Shown piece by piece: positions 13,754 to 26,870 of a stretch of DNA of 64,000 nucleotides (its first letter is position 1; each line of letters opens with the position of its first letter). The stretch is taken from NCBI GenBank assembly GCA_964276515.1, contig OZ193909.1:11532001-11596000 (forward strand). The letters run 5' to 3'. A model generated the notes under the pieces. That model ran no database searches. It was given only the letters and a program-made list of their open reading frames with translations, and was not told where the DNA came from. A program made the translations under genes and the position numbers. The DNA is from Gordius albopunctatus (taxonomy: Eukaryota).

Positions 13754-16700
13754 ATGGAATTATCGAACTTCACACCAACATCCTACAAGTTAAATGATTC
13801 GGAGGTAACCCTCAACCAAAATAATGCTGTAGAATTTGGCAGCTACCCTAATGCAGCCAATTTTATCGGGGTCATGCCCCCTCTAAACGATGCTCCCATC
13901 AATTCATTTGTCAAGATTAATTTATTAGACGAATCGTTGTGGAGAAAATTTGATTCCCTCATGAACGAAATGATAGTCACTAAAAATGGGAGGTATAAAA
14001 CTAAAACCTATATCAATCATCACCAATTTTCTATATTAACTATTGGTTTAATTATAATTTTTATGAAATTTTTTTCACAGGCGAATGTTTCCCATCTTAA
14101 AGATAAGTTTATCCGGACTCGACCCCGATTCTATGTATTCCGTGTTTGTAGATTTCGTTCAGCTAGATAATCACCGTTGGAAATACATTAGAGGCGAATG
14201 GATACCTGGTGGTAAACCAGAACCAATCGTTCCATCCATGTATCTTCACCCAGATTCCCCTAACTTTGGATCTCACTGGATGAAAGAATCTTTTTCCTTT
14301 AATAAAGTCAAACTCACCAACAAATCTAACGGCGGAGGACAAGTATAACTCTCATTTTATTTATATGTTCGTCATTAGATTAATTTACATTCAAATGTTT
14401 ACAAATTAGGTACTGTGAGCTTTTGCAAATTTCTAACATTGCTTCAATTCAAAAACATTGAAATAGATCTATTTTATGTTTAATAATTTAAACAATTTTA
14501 TATTTCCTACTACTACCAATTACATAATATGCTTAGATAATAAATCATTAAAGTATTGATTTACGCCTAGAGATAGGCTTGTTAGTGAAATTTACACTTG
14601 GGGAAGATTGCTTTTAACCTTTATTGCCCTATCAATTTATAATCCCCAAGGAAATTTACCTATACATATTTAATTAACAAAGTGTTCACACCTTTAAATA
14701 ATTGTTGAGCCAATATTTTATATCTCGATATATAAATTTCGAAATAAATTATTTATTTAAAATAAGATAAAATTTGCAATAATAGCCATTTTGCTAAATT
14801 GATATTGCTGACCTCCCTCGTAAAATTAATATCAGACGTCCATGTTTTGTCTATTAGGCTAATATTACACCCAATTCACGATAAATCAATTATTTGAATC
14901 AAATTTAAATATTACTCATACATTTATAACGTCTAAGGTAGGCAGCGCATTTAAATATTTTATTATTAACCTATAGATTGTCTTAAATTCGCTCCATAAA
15001 TACGAGCCAAGGATACACGTCGTAAAAGTTGGTCATAAAAATGAGAAAAAAACCATAGCTGTTAAATCCTTCCAACAGGCCACGTTTATTGCAGTCACCG
15101 CCTACCAAAACGAAGAGGTAAGTTGATGAGTATATATGAGTATCCACCCACCCACCCACCCCCCCCCCGTTCAATCTAATCATTCGGCGCGAAACTAAAG
15201 GGGAAGGCTGCTAAAATTTACTAAATTATATTTTGGCCTCGTTGGCTCCTCAAAAACATCATTATTAATTAGTGATAAATTACGGCAATAAATAAAAATA
15301 CCTTGTAATTAATTTTGACCATGGTCTGGCCTTGCATCAAACCCTCTGCAATTTGTACTATCTCTTATTTAGGCCAATAATTAAGAATCATTTTGATTAA
15401 GTTCAAGAACGAAATAGGTAGAAAAACGTCTTATTTACCTTAAGGATTTGAATGGCCTTTTGATGATTTTGCGTAAAAATACAAAGAACGGCCGCTTTCA
15501 TCACGCTCCTTTTATAGGCTATATAGTATATACCATTAAATTAAGCCTAACATAAAAGTTCTTGTGTTCCTTTGGCATTCTGGTTTACACCCTAATTACC
15601 TTGATATAAGAAAAACAATAATAATAATTAGCATTTGTTTAAAGAGGAGGCAAGGTATAGACAGTCATGAACAACTTAGATTAAATAGTAAATAAAGTGC
15701 CTTAAAAGTGACAACAAATCGTTTGATCATATGCCGCTTATTGACTTCATCACGACATTATCTGTGTCTATGTGTCAATCAAAGATCAAAATTTATACTA
15801 AGGATAGTTTAGCATAGCTAGGTTATAGAGATTTTTTTAGTTTTTTTTTATATTAAGTCAGATTTTTCCATATCATTCCATTTTAACTATAATAAAATTA
15901 TTTACAATAGATAACCTCGCTCAAAATAAAATTTAACCCATTTGCCAAAGCTTTTCTGGACACCAAGGAAAAATCTTTGAGTAACTCGAGTGGCGATGAG
16001 TGTGACACGCAAAGTATGATTCAAAAAAATAAATTTATATTATTCAACATATTTAATCTGGTAATTTTTCCTATTTATTTTAGTGAATAATTGGAATCAA
16101 AGCAATCAAAATCAAAAAATATACCCTTTCATTGTTGAATCAATGTTACCTAATAGCTTTGCCCAGCTAAACGAAGAAAAATTATTTAAACCGCGAAAGA
16201 AATTAAGAACTAATATGGGCGATGATAGAGATTACCCGATTATAAAAGATGTTTATCAGAAATGCACCAATATAAAACATATTGGCAGTACCAATGCACA
16301 TCCGAGTAACTCGCCATCATATCAAAGTAAAATTAAAATACAAAAATTTCTGATTCTTTATAATTAAATATGCTCTGCAGGATTTTTCGTTAAAAACATT
16401 ATTGTTTAATAAAGTAAAGTCTTTTTAATAATAGGTTTTAATTAACCTGTCATTTTTAACTTAAATAAACAGATTTTAATTTTTAGATGATGATAAGAAA
16501 AGAAACCTCTTAGTAATCAAACCCTTCCTAGTTCTCGCATCTCAATCCAACCCAAATTAAATTTTAAATATCCCCATATCTTATTTTGAATTTTTCAACG
16601 CACCCGACGACTTATGAAAATACAATTTCTGGGTTGCTGCCCAGATTATCGAAACTTAAGCTCAAAAGACCCTCACCTTTTTCATTTATAACTATAACAA

Positions 16701-18285
16701 TCTTATACTAGAATCAACCTAAAAAAGTACAGTTCTATTATATAAAAAACTAACAAATTGGAAAGCTGGTTTTGCAAAAATTTATTTGATATAAAATAAT
16801 AAAAATTATGATAACATGTCGACTTAACATATATTCAGCTCACATCGCTTGGTCAGGCTCGTAAATCCACCCATCATGGTTATTGCTTAAAATGCATTTG
16901 CAGTCAAAATTTACATGAATTAATAAAAAAAAAATTTTATAGCCCCTTTTAAAAATCAAATCAGTCTAACTAAGGTATTAATAAAAAAAATACTAAGTTT
17001 TATTGTAGATATCTTACTAACATTTCTTTACTTATTTTAGTTTACTAAAAATTTATTTGACAAATTAGGTAACATAAGTCCTAAAAGTGGATCACCGTCT
17101 TTGTGTTGCCGCAGCACGGGGAGTAGTCCCTACCAAGAAGGATGCCAATGGAAGATATATGGCAAAATTGACGAACGCTCCCAACAAAATAGCGCAATAT
17201 CAAGTTGTTACGAGTCTCTTATGACTCATTACCCTAATAACATTCATTGTGACACCCATAATTTGGATCAGACAAACCAACAACTAAATCAAATTTCGCC
17301 AACTTATCAAACTTTTGCCCAACCAAATGTCCTACTTGATAACATAAATTCGGATCAAATACCTCCTGGTCAACTTGAAGATGTGTCGCTTAGTAATAAT
17401 CAGAGGTATGAATATGAATCGCGCAACCGCCATTTCAAAAACAATGTCGACGAAGGTGACACTTCTATAAATTTCGATAAAGCAAATGAATCTACGATAT
17501 TCAATAGCTCGATTTGTGAGCCGCATGTTAAGGAACAATGCGTAGGAACTTACCCACAAACTGGTTGCAATTACTTTGGCTTAAACTTTGGAGCGGATAC
17601 ACCAGTCTCAAATTCATTTCTAAATATACCGAATTATTTTTATCCCTCATCTAATCCACCCAATTTGTATTTAGGACAATCATATTATGGAACCTCCGAC
17701 ATTTATAGTTCCCCGTTTGAAACCCCCCTGCCACACTCTCATAATCCTTGTATAAACTATACTTACAAAGGCCATTATCAGCCTGTTTCGCAACAAGAGA
17801 CACCATATTTTAATATCACTCAATCAAGTGACATTTTGTATCCCAATTCCCACAAATCAAATCCCGCCAATGATACAGATATCAATTTTGATAATTCAAA
17901 ATTGCCAGTCTTACCACTTTATGGAACTGACGATATTTTATTGAACTATAATTCAGGAGCATGGAGAAATAAGGATACATTGGCCTCAAACTCCCAACCC
18001 TTATTTCACATTAATACTTTAGAGGGTGGACGCAACTCTTTGACAACCATTTCAAACATGCTAAGCGCTTCTCAATTCTCCCTAAATCATGACAAACATA
18101 ATCAAGAAGTAGAATATAATTATCAATCGGCATGCGAGCCCAATATCATTTCAAGTGGCGTCCAACAATTTTTAATCAATAGCAGTGTGAATAATATAGA
18201 AAAGAATATACATATACGAGGAAACGAAAATATGCGTTATACTGAAAATCTTGGATGGGTACCGTTAACGCCACCATTAAATTGA
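13754..18285 (+). CDS. Bra: Brachyury (T/brachyenteron) T-box transcription factor
   Basis: Exons 13754-13992, 14081-14342, 14977-15117, 15911-16013, 16084-16326, 17069-18285 join in phase. T-box: [85 protein letters not shown]. Ends in the Brachyury-type C-terminal motif WVPLTPP. Confidence 0.95.
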
Positions 18286-18674
18286 ATGTTGTGTTTTTTA
18301 GCTAAATAATTCTTTATTTATTCTTGTTTACCTTTATTTTGAGTCGTGTCGGTCGCATGTCAATTATTTAAATGTGTTAATAAAATAACAATGGGATTTT
18401 ATATATGCAAAGTTAAGAATAGTTTTACTCTTATGCAGTTATAAAACAATGAAACCTGCAATTTTTTAGTCATGCTTATAAATTTAAACAATAATTTGAA
18501 GTTAACTTACTAAAAATTTAAAATAGTATTTACATTAAATTTTTACATTTGATTCTGCAAATTAATTATCAGAGCAGATGAGTGAATAAATTTAATACAA
18601 TTTAATAACAAAAGTTAATAATTATTAGGATATGTCTTAAATAATATTAATACTTTATGGATAGCACATGTCAT

Positions 18675-19214
18675 CAGGCGCGTAGCGAGGATTTTCTTTT
18701 GAAAAATCTTTTCTCTTCATTAATCAGAGCATTTACTATCGCTTTTATACCTTAAAAAAAGGACATGGACCTTATGCAAGTTATTCAACTGGCAGAAAAT
18801 ATTGTCATTTAGTTAAAATTAAATAATGGCGTAAACCAAAGCAAAATTATATGAATTTAATCTGAAAAAATTCTCAAGTTGGTAATAAGCCAAATTCTCA
18901 ATCTGTTTACTTGACATTTTTTAGTACAGCTAAATGAACGGTGTTTAGATAAAAAACGACAAGTTTTTCATAATTTACAATCAATGGTGGAAAATTATAA
19001 TAGTGGGGTTGCAAGCTTTTAGTCGAAAATTAAATTCAAAAAAATGAAAGTATATATTATGTTTCCAGGCTTTTATAAGTGTCTCAAAATCTTTTATGCA
19101 ACTAAACTATAATATTTTAACCCATTTAATCTTAAATATTAATCAAAATTTTTTTCAAATTTTGGTAAAGGGGGTAGAAATGTCCCGCTTTCCGCCCCCT
19201 TGGCTACGCGCCTG
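18675..19214. mobile_element. hAT-type MITE
   Basis: TIRs CAGGCGCGTAGC...GCTACGCGCCTG; exact 8-bp TSD CATGTCAT. Confidence 0.9.
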
Positions 19215-19839
19215 CATGTCATCACTCCTTGAAATAGTTTTGATGTCTTGCTGACATTGAACTTAATATGATGTATTTGGCTACGATGAATTACCAACTG
19301 ATTTTAAATAAAGACATAGATATTATAATTTATACATCATTTTTTATAACGGAACCTTTAAGTTTGTGCCTAGACATTAAATAGCTCTTCCCCCACCTTG
19401 TTTTAGATTTACCCAAAATATTATTGAGACGGGTAAAAAATTTAAACCTTTATATTTCTTAACGTTTTTTAACTTTCAAGGGCCATATTGGGTTGTCTCG
19501 ATTCGAGATCTGCACGGGCAGGCCCCACTCACGCGAGGGTACGAACCTGCCTAAAGTGCGCAAAAATTTATAGACGGGCTCAGAAAACGGTAAGGGGCTG
19601 AAATTTTTATAAATATGCTCGGATGGGCCTGAAGATTCGGATTTCAACTTCCACGTAGGGAAGATCGCCTCGTTCGCCAATAAGAGTCAATTACAGTCCA
19701 AAATATGGGTGCACGGGTCTAAAATTTCATAGGTGGTTTTGGAAAAACTTTTCACGAACGCGCTTAAGAAACGATTTATTTGCTTTTTTGTCTAAAAGAT
19801 TTGTTATTATTTTAATATTAATACTAATATGTCCTTTCG

Positions 19840-21526
19840 GGCGTATGTACAAATTGGCCAAGATAAGGGAGAAGAAAAGTCGCGATGTCGGAGTTCTTAA
19901 AATAGTCAAAAGCGAGAAGGGTCAAACCTTATTCAAGCCGAAAGAAGTGATGGAAAGGTGGAAAGGATATTTTAAGAAACTTATGAATATTGCAAACGAC
20001 AAGGATTCCCTTCCCGAAATTGAGCCAAATATAAATATGGTCCAACTCTTTCAGGAGGATGAAGTTAGAAAACAAATGAACAAGATGCAAAAAGGAAAAG
20101 CAAATGGTCCAGATGGAATACCTATGGAAGCATTGCTCGGATGTCGTGAAGAAGGAGTCACCACCATGACGAATCTCCTTAACAAGATATTGGTAGAAGA
20201 GCGAATCCCTAATCAATGGAGAGCAAGCACGATTATACCATTATTTAAAGGCAAAGGAGACCCTCAGGACTGCGGCAATTACAGAGGTATCAAGCTAACT
20301 TGCCACTCCTTGAAGCTTTTGGAAAGGATCTCAGTAACATGGCTGAAAAGCGAGGTGGAAATTTCGGCTAATCAATTCGGATTCGTGGCCGGCAAATCCA
20401 CAATCGACCCAATCATCGCCCTGAGACAAATGATGGATAAGTATGGTGAAAAGAGGAAAGACCTACATATGGTTTTTATCGACTTGGAGAAAGCTTATGA
20501 CATGGTCCCCCGCGACTTAATATGGTGGTGCCTGAGGAAACAAAATATCCCTGACGCATATATACGGCTTATGAAAAATATTTATGAAGCTTCAAACTCT
20601 TGCGTTAGGACGAAAGTTGGAGACTCTAAACCTTTTCGGGTTAATATTGGATTACATCAAGGCTCTGCTTTAAGTCCCTTTTTATTTAATATAATTATAG
20701 ACACGATAACGAGGGACGTTCAAAAGCCTTCGCCATGGTGTATGCTATATGCCGATGATATAGTACTATGCGAGGAAACAAGAGAGAAAGTATTCGAAGA
20801 AGCCGAAAAATGGTCAAAGCGCTTAGCTGGATATGGTTTAAAGGTCAACGATAGAAAAACGGTATAAATGGAAATGAACGTTACAGGCACCCCATCGCTG
20901 GATGACCATCTAAAGTACACAAAAGTAGACCGGTTCACATACCTCGGCTCGATGCTACATCAAGAGGGAGATTGAACAACAGAAGTCAATGCCCGGATCC
21001 AAAAACGCTGGCCTAAATGGCGAAGTATATCCGGTGTTTTGTGTGACAAGAAAATGCCAATATGGTTGAAGAGCAAAGCTTACAAATCCATCGTAAGACC
21101 GGTGTTACTCTATGGAAGTGAAACATGGGCATTAAACACCACGGAATTAAAGCTATTACAAGCCACAGAGATGAGAATGATACGGTGGAGCTTGGGGTTT
21201 ACTAAGCTCGACCATATGACGAATGACTTTTTCATGACAAAAATGGGTATTCAATCTATGGCGGACATGATTAACGAAAATCGGCTAAGGTGGTATGGTC
21301 ATATACTACGGAGGGATACGGATGACGTAAATAGAAAAGTACTGGACTGGGAGGTACCGGGGAAGAGAGGAAGAGGACGACCCCGTGTCACGTAGAAAGG
21401 GCAAGTCAATAAAGTTATGGAAACTAAAGAGATTAGTTAAGACATGGCACTCACCCGGTCAAGATGGAAGAAACTATTTAAAACAAACCCCACCAATGTG
21501 GGACAAAATAACTGATAAAGAAGAAG
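19840..21526 (+). mobile_element. RTE-clade LINE, family B, 5'-truncated and decayed
   Basis: RT motifs (FIDLEKAYD, GLHQGSALSP, LYADD) with in-frame stops; GAA-repeat tail; 17-bp TSD ACTAATATRTCCTKTCG with 2 mismatches (19823-19839, 21527-21543). Confidence 0.9.
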
Positions 21527-22430
21527 ACTAATATATCCTGTCGCATATATTCATTTTTACCGGTAACTTGAATTAAATAACTTCTTTTATTTGTTTAAAT
21601 TTTATTTTTCCTTACATAATATAAGATAGTTGCTTCTTGATATTTCAGTATAAGTAAGTGTAACTCCTTTTTAGTTACAATGCCCTAAATTTTTATTATA
21701 AACTAGATAAGCTCGGCAAACGTTGTTTTGCCATATAAATTATGTCTGACAAATTAACTAACTTACTATAAGTGTGTGGGGATATTTTTTGCAGAAGATT
21801 TATCTAAATTGTAGTTTTTTTTACAATTGCAGGGGAGAGAAAACTTTTTATTTATTGTTTCCTGGGGGGGGGGGGTTGTTGATCTATTGGTTATATTTTC
21901 TTAACCACTCTTAAATCATACTTTTTTTATCATTCGCATCACTTTGTTATATATGGAAAAATTAAGACAGAATTACGGTGGATAAATTTTAGCTTTAGCG
22001 CCATCTGTACATACTATAAAAATTTTTAAAAAAAAAAAGTAAAAAATTTAAATAAGAAAATTTAAAACTACCAAATTTTTTTTTAAAAACTCAACTAATA
22101 AAACTGGCAACAAAATTAATGAACTGCCATTATTATCACATGGCCATAGAAGCATATAATTTATTTGAGGACACCACCTTGAAAAGGTTATGTAATAACA
22201 ATGTACATTATAAGAACGTATTATATAAAAAAATACAAATGTCACACGTAGGGGGGCGATGTGGGATCAAATAAGTCAGACAAATTATCATAAGTAAATT
22301 GGTTTGTCTTATTATATATACACTAAAAATAGTGGGTTCATAAAATCCATGATGTGATAAAATTCGTGGCCCATTGCAATATATAAAATGTATAAGTCTA
22401 ATATTTATTTTTAATAATATTAAATTAATC

Positions 22431-22482
22431 AACACTACCAACGACGGTCCCAAGTCCGTGTGAAAAAAGTGGAGGGTTGGCG
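22431..22482 (+). ncRNA. Twister ribozyme (type P1), 3' cleavage product at the RTE 5' end
   Basis: AA-CACU-AC-CAACG-ACGG-UCCCAA-GU-CCGU-GUGAAAAA-AGUG-GAGGG: P2 CACU/AGUG, P4 ACGG/CCGU, pseudoknots CCC/GGG and AC/GU; colinear with the rice Osa-1-4 twister as recalled. Confidence 0.85.
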
Positions 22483-22555
22483 TCAGGTCGGAAGCCGGCT
22501 GTAAAAAGCAACTCCAAACACCATGGCAGCTTCAAATACGAACTTATACCAGAAT

Positions 22556-22665
22556 GCTAGGGCGTCCTCCCCAAACGACGCGCATTGCATCATCCGCCCG
22601 TGCAATGTGAAAAGTATACAAGGGTCATCGCCTCACTCACAACGAAGGCGGTTAAGGAACCTAGT
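22556..22665 (+). ncRNA. Conserved multibranch RNA structure in the RTE ORF N-terminal region (family A copy 1)
   Basis: Stems GCUAGG/CCUAGU, GCGUC/GACGC, GCAUUGCA/UGCAAUGU, AUCGCCU/AGGCGGU; covaries with 28509-28616. Confidence 0.7.
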
Positions 22666-25600
22666 TGTCGAACGGACAAGAGTGGCTAGCTGGAATGTGG
22701 GCACGCTGACGGGGAAGAGCATCGAGGTTGCGCAGATGCTAAAAAGGCGAAGGATACACATAGCGTGTCTACAAGAAACGCGGTGGCATGGAACAAAAGC
22801 CAGGGAGCTAGGAGATGGTTACAAGCTATACTACTCGGGTTCCCCATCACGGAAGAACGGGGTCGGTATAGTGCTTAGCGATTCCTTTAAGGACAAGGTA
22901 GTCGAAGTCAAACGATGCTCAGATAGATTGATGTGCATAAAGCTGGCGGATCAAGGCGGCCTTGTCAATGTTATTTGTGCGTATTCGCCCCAGGTTGGAT
23001 GTTCCGAAAACGAGAAGGACGAATTCTATGAGAAGCTCGAAGAAGAAATACGCTACGTGAAGCCTGACGAGAATCTCATCATCGGAGCAGACTTTAATGG
23101 GCACGTTGGGAAAGAAAGGGGCGTGTAAGAACGAAATCACGGCGGGCATGGCTATGGAGTGAAAAATAAAGAGGGAGAGAAGTTACTACAGATGGCGCAA
23201 GCTTACGATATGGCCATTGTGAATACCTTCTTTCAGAAGCGTACCAAACATTTAGCGACGTACAGTAGTGGTAATCACCTTACACAGGTCGACTACATAT
23301 TAGTGAAGCGCAAAAATTTGTGGCAAGTTAAAGATTGCAAGGTTATACCGGGGGAAGAAATCGCCAAACAACATCGGCCAGTTGTCCTCGATATAGCAAG
23401 AAAGATTTTTCCCGTAAGGAGAAAAGTCTACACACCAAGGACAAAGTACGAAAAGCTTAAGGATGATCATGCAAATGAAATGTTTCACACTCGAGCAACT
23501 CCGCTCTTGAAGGTTGCAGGCTTGGAGGGCGACATTAACAAAAGGTGGGACACCGTCGCAAATGTTCTAAAGGAAACGGCCTTTCAAATATTGGGACGAA
23601 CTAAGGGCGGCAGAGCTCACAAGCGTGAACTATGGTGGTGGAATGACACGGTCAAAGAGGTTATAGAAGAAAAGAAGGCGTTGTACCTACGATGGTACAA
23701 AACGAAGAAAGGAGAAGACTACGAGGCATATCGTGAAGCGAAACGCAAAGCTAAGATAGCGGTCGCGATAGCGAAGAACGACGCTTACACCGAGATGGCA
23801 AACAAGCTCGATACCAAGGGCGGCGACATAGTCATGTATAAACTCGCAAAGATCAGGGAGAAAAAAAGTCGAGATGTCGGGACACTTAAAGTTATTAAAA
23901 GCGAAGAGGGACGAACGTTGTGCAAACCGAAGGAAGTCATCAAAAGATGGAAAGATTATTTCCAAAATATGATGAACAAAACGAATGATAGAAGACCGCT
24001 AGAGAGGGTGGAACCGAACTCGAACTTGGTTTTACCATTTCAGGCTTATGAAATAGGAGCACAACTAACGAAGATGCGGAAACGGAAAGCGCTAGGTCCC
24101 GATGATCTACCGATCGAAGCTTGGCTTGGTTGCAAATAATGACAGGCCTATTTAACGCTATGCTGTATAAGAGTCGTATCCCTGACCAATGGAGGGAAAG
24201 TACGATCATACCCATATACAAAGGTAAAGGAGACGCGCAGGAATGTGGCAACTTTAGAGGTATCAAGTTGACCTGCCACTCACTAAAACTACTAGAAAGG
24301 GTGCTAGTGAAAAGGCTCAATGACGAAGTTTGTCTCTCGCCCAATCAGTTTGGATTTGTGGCCGGTAAATCAACGATGGACCCAATCTTTGCGTTGAAGC
24401 AGACGATGGAAAAATATGGCGACATAAGAAAGAAATTACACATGGTCTTCATCGATTTAGAAAAGGCCTACGATACGGTTCCGAGAGACTTAATATGGTG
24501 GTCCCTTAGAGCCAGAAATATACCCAAAGGATATGTTCGACTTATCAAGGAAATGTATAATGGCGCGGTTGCATCTGTTAGGACTACCGTAGGAGTAACG
24601 AAACCCTTCCGAATAATGATCGGACTACATCAAGGATCAGCGTTAAGCCCATTCTTGTTTAATCTAATTATGGATACAATAACAAAGGACTTGCACAAGC
24701 CAGCCCCTTGGACTATGCTATATGCCGACGATATTGTCCTATGCGATGAAACAAGAGAAGGGGTTTTTCATCAGGCGAAAAAATGGTCAGAACGTTTCTC
24801 GGAATTCGGGTTAAAGGTCAGCGAGAAGAAAACGGTTTACATGCAAACGATGGGCGGTAGTCCGCAAATGCACAAAATTGACGGTCCAAGGTACACGGAG
24901 GTTGATAAGTTCACATATCTTGGCTCGCTATTACATCAAGAGGGAGGATGTACCGCCGAAGTCCATTCTCGGATCAAGAAAGCATGGCTCAAGTGGCGCA
25001 GCATCTCCGGTGTCATGTGTGACAAAAAGATACCAATTTGGTTGAAAAGCAAGGCGTACAAAACCATCGTGCGACCGGTCTTGCTTTACGGGAGCGAAAC
25101 ATGGGCTGTAACCACCGCGGAGGAGAAACTCTTGCAAGTCACGGAAATGAGAATGGTGCGATGGAGCTTAGGCTACACCAAGCTGGATCGCATGACGAAC
25201 GAATCCTTGATGACAAAGATGGGTATACAAGCGACGAAGGACTTCTTAAGAGAAAATCGACTGCGGTGGTACGGCCATGTATTACGAAGAGACGAAGAAG
25301 ATGTCACACGCCGAACGCTGGAGATGGACGTGCCTGGAAGAAGAGGAAGGGGCAGACCACGTGCCACCTGGAAACGACTGGTCGAAAAGGATATGGACGT
25401 CAAACAGATGGAAATTGGCATGGCATTCACACGACTCAGATGGAAGAGGCTGCTGAAAACATACCCCACGTATGTGGGATTTTCAACACGATAAAGAAGA
25501 AGAATATTAAATTAATCCTATAAATAAATAATATATATTTCTACTTATATTCTAACTTTCCTTACGTCATTATTGTATATGCTGCTGTAAATTAAACTGG

Positions 25601-26870
25601 CCAGGAAATGTGCAATATTTTTAAAACGAAAAGGTAATTTAGGAATCTGAAAGAACTATTTTACCTCTGGCCGCCCTGGGCACCTACGGTTAAATTTTTG
25701 CGCGAATCGGGTCGGTAGTTTTAGAATTAAGCCATTTTTTCTAACTAAAAGGCCCATATTTTTAAAATTAAAAGGAATTTTACGATTCTGAAAAAGCTAT
25801 TTTACCCCTGACCTCCTTGGGCATCTACGGTTAAATTTTCGCGCGAATCGGGCCGGTGGTTTCAGAATTTAGCCCTTACATACATACATATACATACATA
25901 GACTTTACTTTATATATATAGATTTCTTTCTACAATTTTTCTTTGATGAATTATTTCAATTTTTTTAAAATTATTTTTTAATTATTAAATAGCTTCTAGC
26001 AAGCTTATAAAAGGTACCTGGGCCATTCCATGACAAATCAAAACGTTTTCGACCGACCAATTCAGATCAGGATAATTTTTGGTGAGGGTGTAGGCTTCAA
26101 TTATTAAATCAATTTCTGAAAGTTTTTTAAGTTATGGACGTTAAAGGGTCAAAATCACGTTCGGGAGCGTTTTATGGATTTTAATATTTTGGTCATATTT
26201 TTGAAAGTAATTGCGTTATTCACACAAACTTTTGTGCATTTTATCGAAAGAATTTAACCAAAAACCTCAAACTTTTTCGGTTAATTATTTGTGGTCAAAT
26301 TAGTGAAAAATCATGAAAACATATTTACCCGGTATATGAAATCACCAATTTCACAATGTGCACTCCTTTATGACCCATTATCATATTTTAATCATAAAAA
26401 GTTTGCAGTCGGCTACAAGATGATTAAGAATTCGAAAAATCACATTTCCACCAAAAATATTTATAGATGGCGGTATAATCAATTATCACAAGAACATATT
26501 ATGATGTTTGTTTTTTATCAAATTGCAAATTTATAAATAATATTGGAATAAAAATAAACTTAAATTTGATCTTTTCTTCTGCGCCATGGGCAATTATCCG
26601 AGTTGGAAATTAAATCTTGAATTTTAACTTTAATGATATAGGGGTAGGGTAGGCTAAAATTAATGTGAGGTTAAAAAAATACAAATATGATGGCAAATTG
26701 TTCATATATTTTTATTTTTGTACTGATAATCCATGCTAAAAATAAGAAATTTATGCAGGAAAACATCGTCAACAACGGGTGCATTAAATCTACGTATATG
26801 CTGTCCCGCAGGTGTTTTATCAGGATAGATGACAATAGCGTGTTTGTCACTTATTAATTTGGGCATGTGT

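Larger units (their letters stand above)
22431..25502 (+). mobile_element. RTE-clade LINE, family A, full-length copy 1 (APE endonuclease + RT)
   Basis: 15-bp TSD AATATTAAATTAATC (22416-22430, 25503-25517); ORF 22523-25494 with SWNVGTL, CLQETRW, GADFNGHVG, LYADD, broken by a TAA at 23126-23128 and a 16-bp deletion near 24135; GAA tail. Confidence 0.95.
21703..25922 (-). mobile_element. Non-autonomous Helitron (~1.1 kb) interrupted by the RTE insertion
   Basis: On the minus strand: A|TC 5' end, (GTAT)n tract, 3' hairpin GGCAAA..TTTGCC then CTAG|T; homologous to 34734-42100 and, over its 5' part, to 53589-54348. Confidence 0.8.

Noticed and set aside
16488..16560. Extra Brachyury exon
   Set aside because: It has an acceptor-like AG but reaches a stop, and exons 5 and 6 already join in phase without it.
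22556..22600. HDV-like ribozyme suggested by the UCCUC motif
   Set aside because: The nested double-pseudoknot pairing order could not be built, and the element 5' end is already explained by the twister.
25038..25523. Second overlapping ORF (161 aa; also 45542-46021) in the RTE
   Set aside because: Alternative frame of the RT C-terminus; present twice only because the copies are near-identical, and no recognisable domain.
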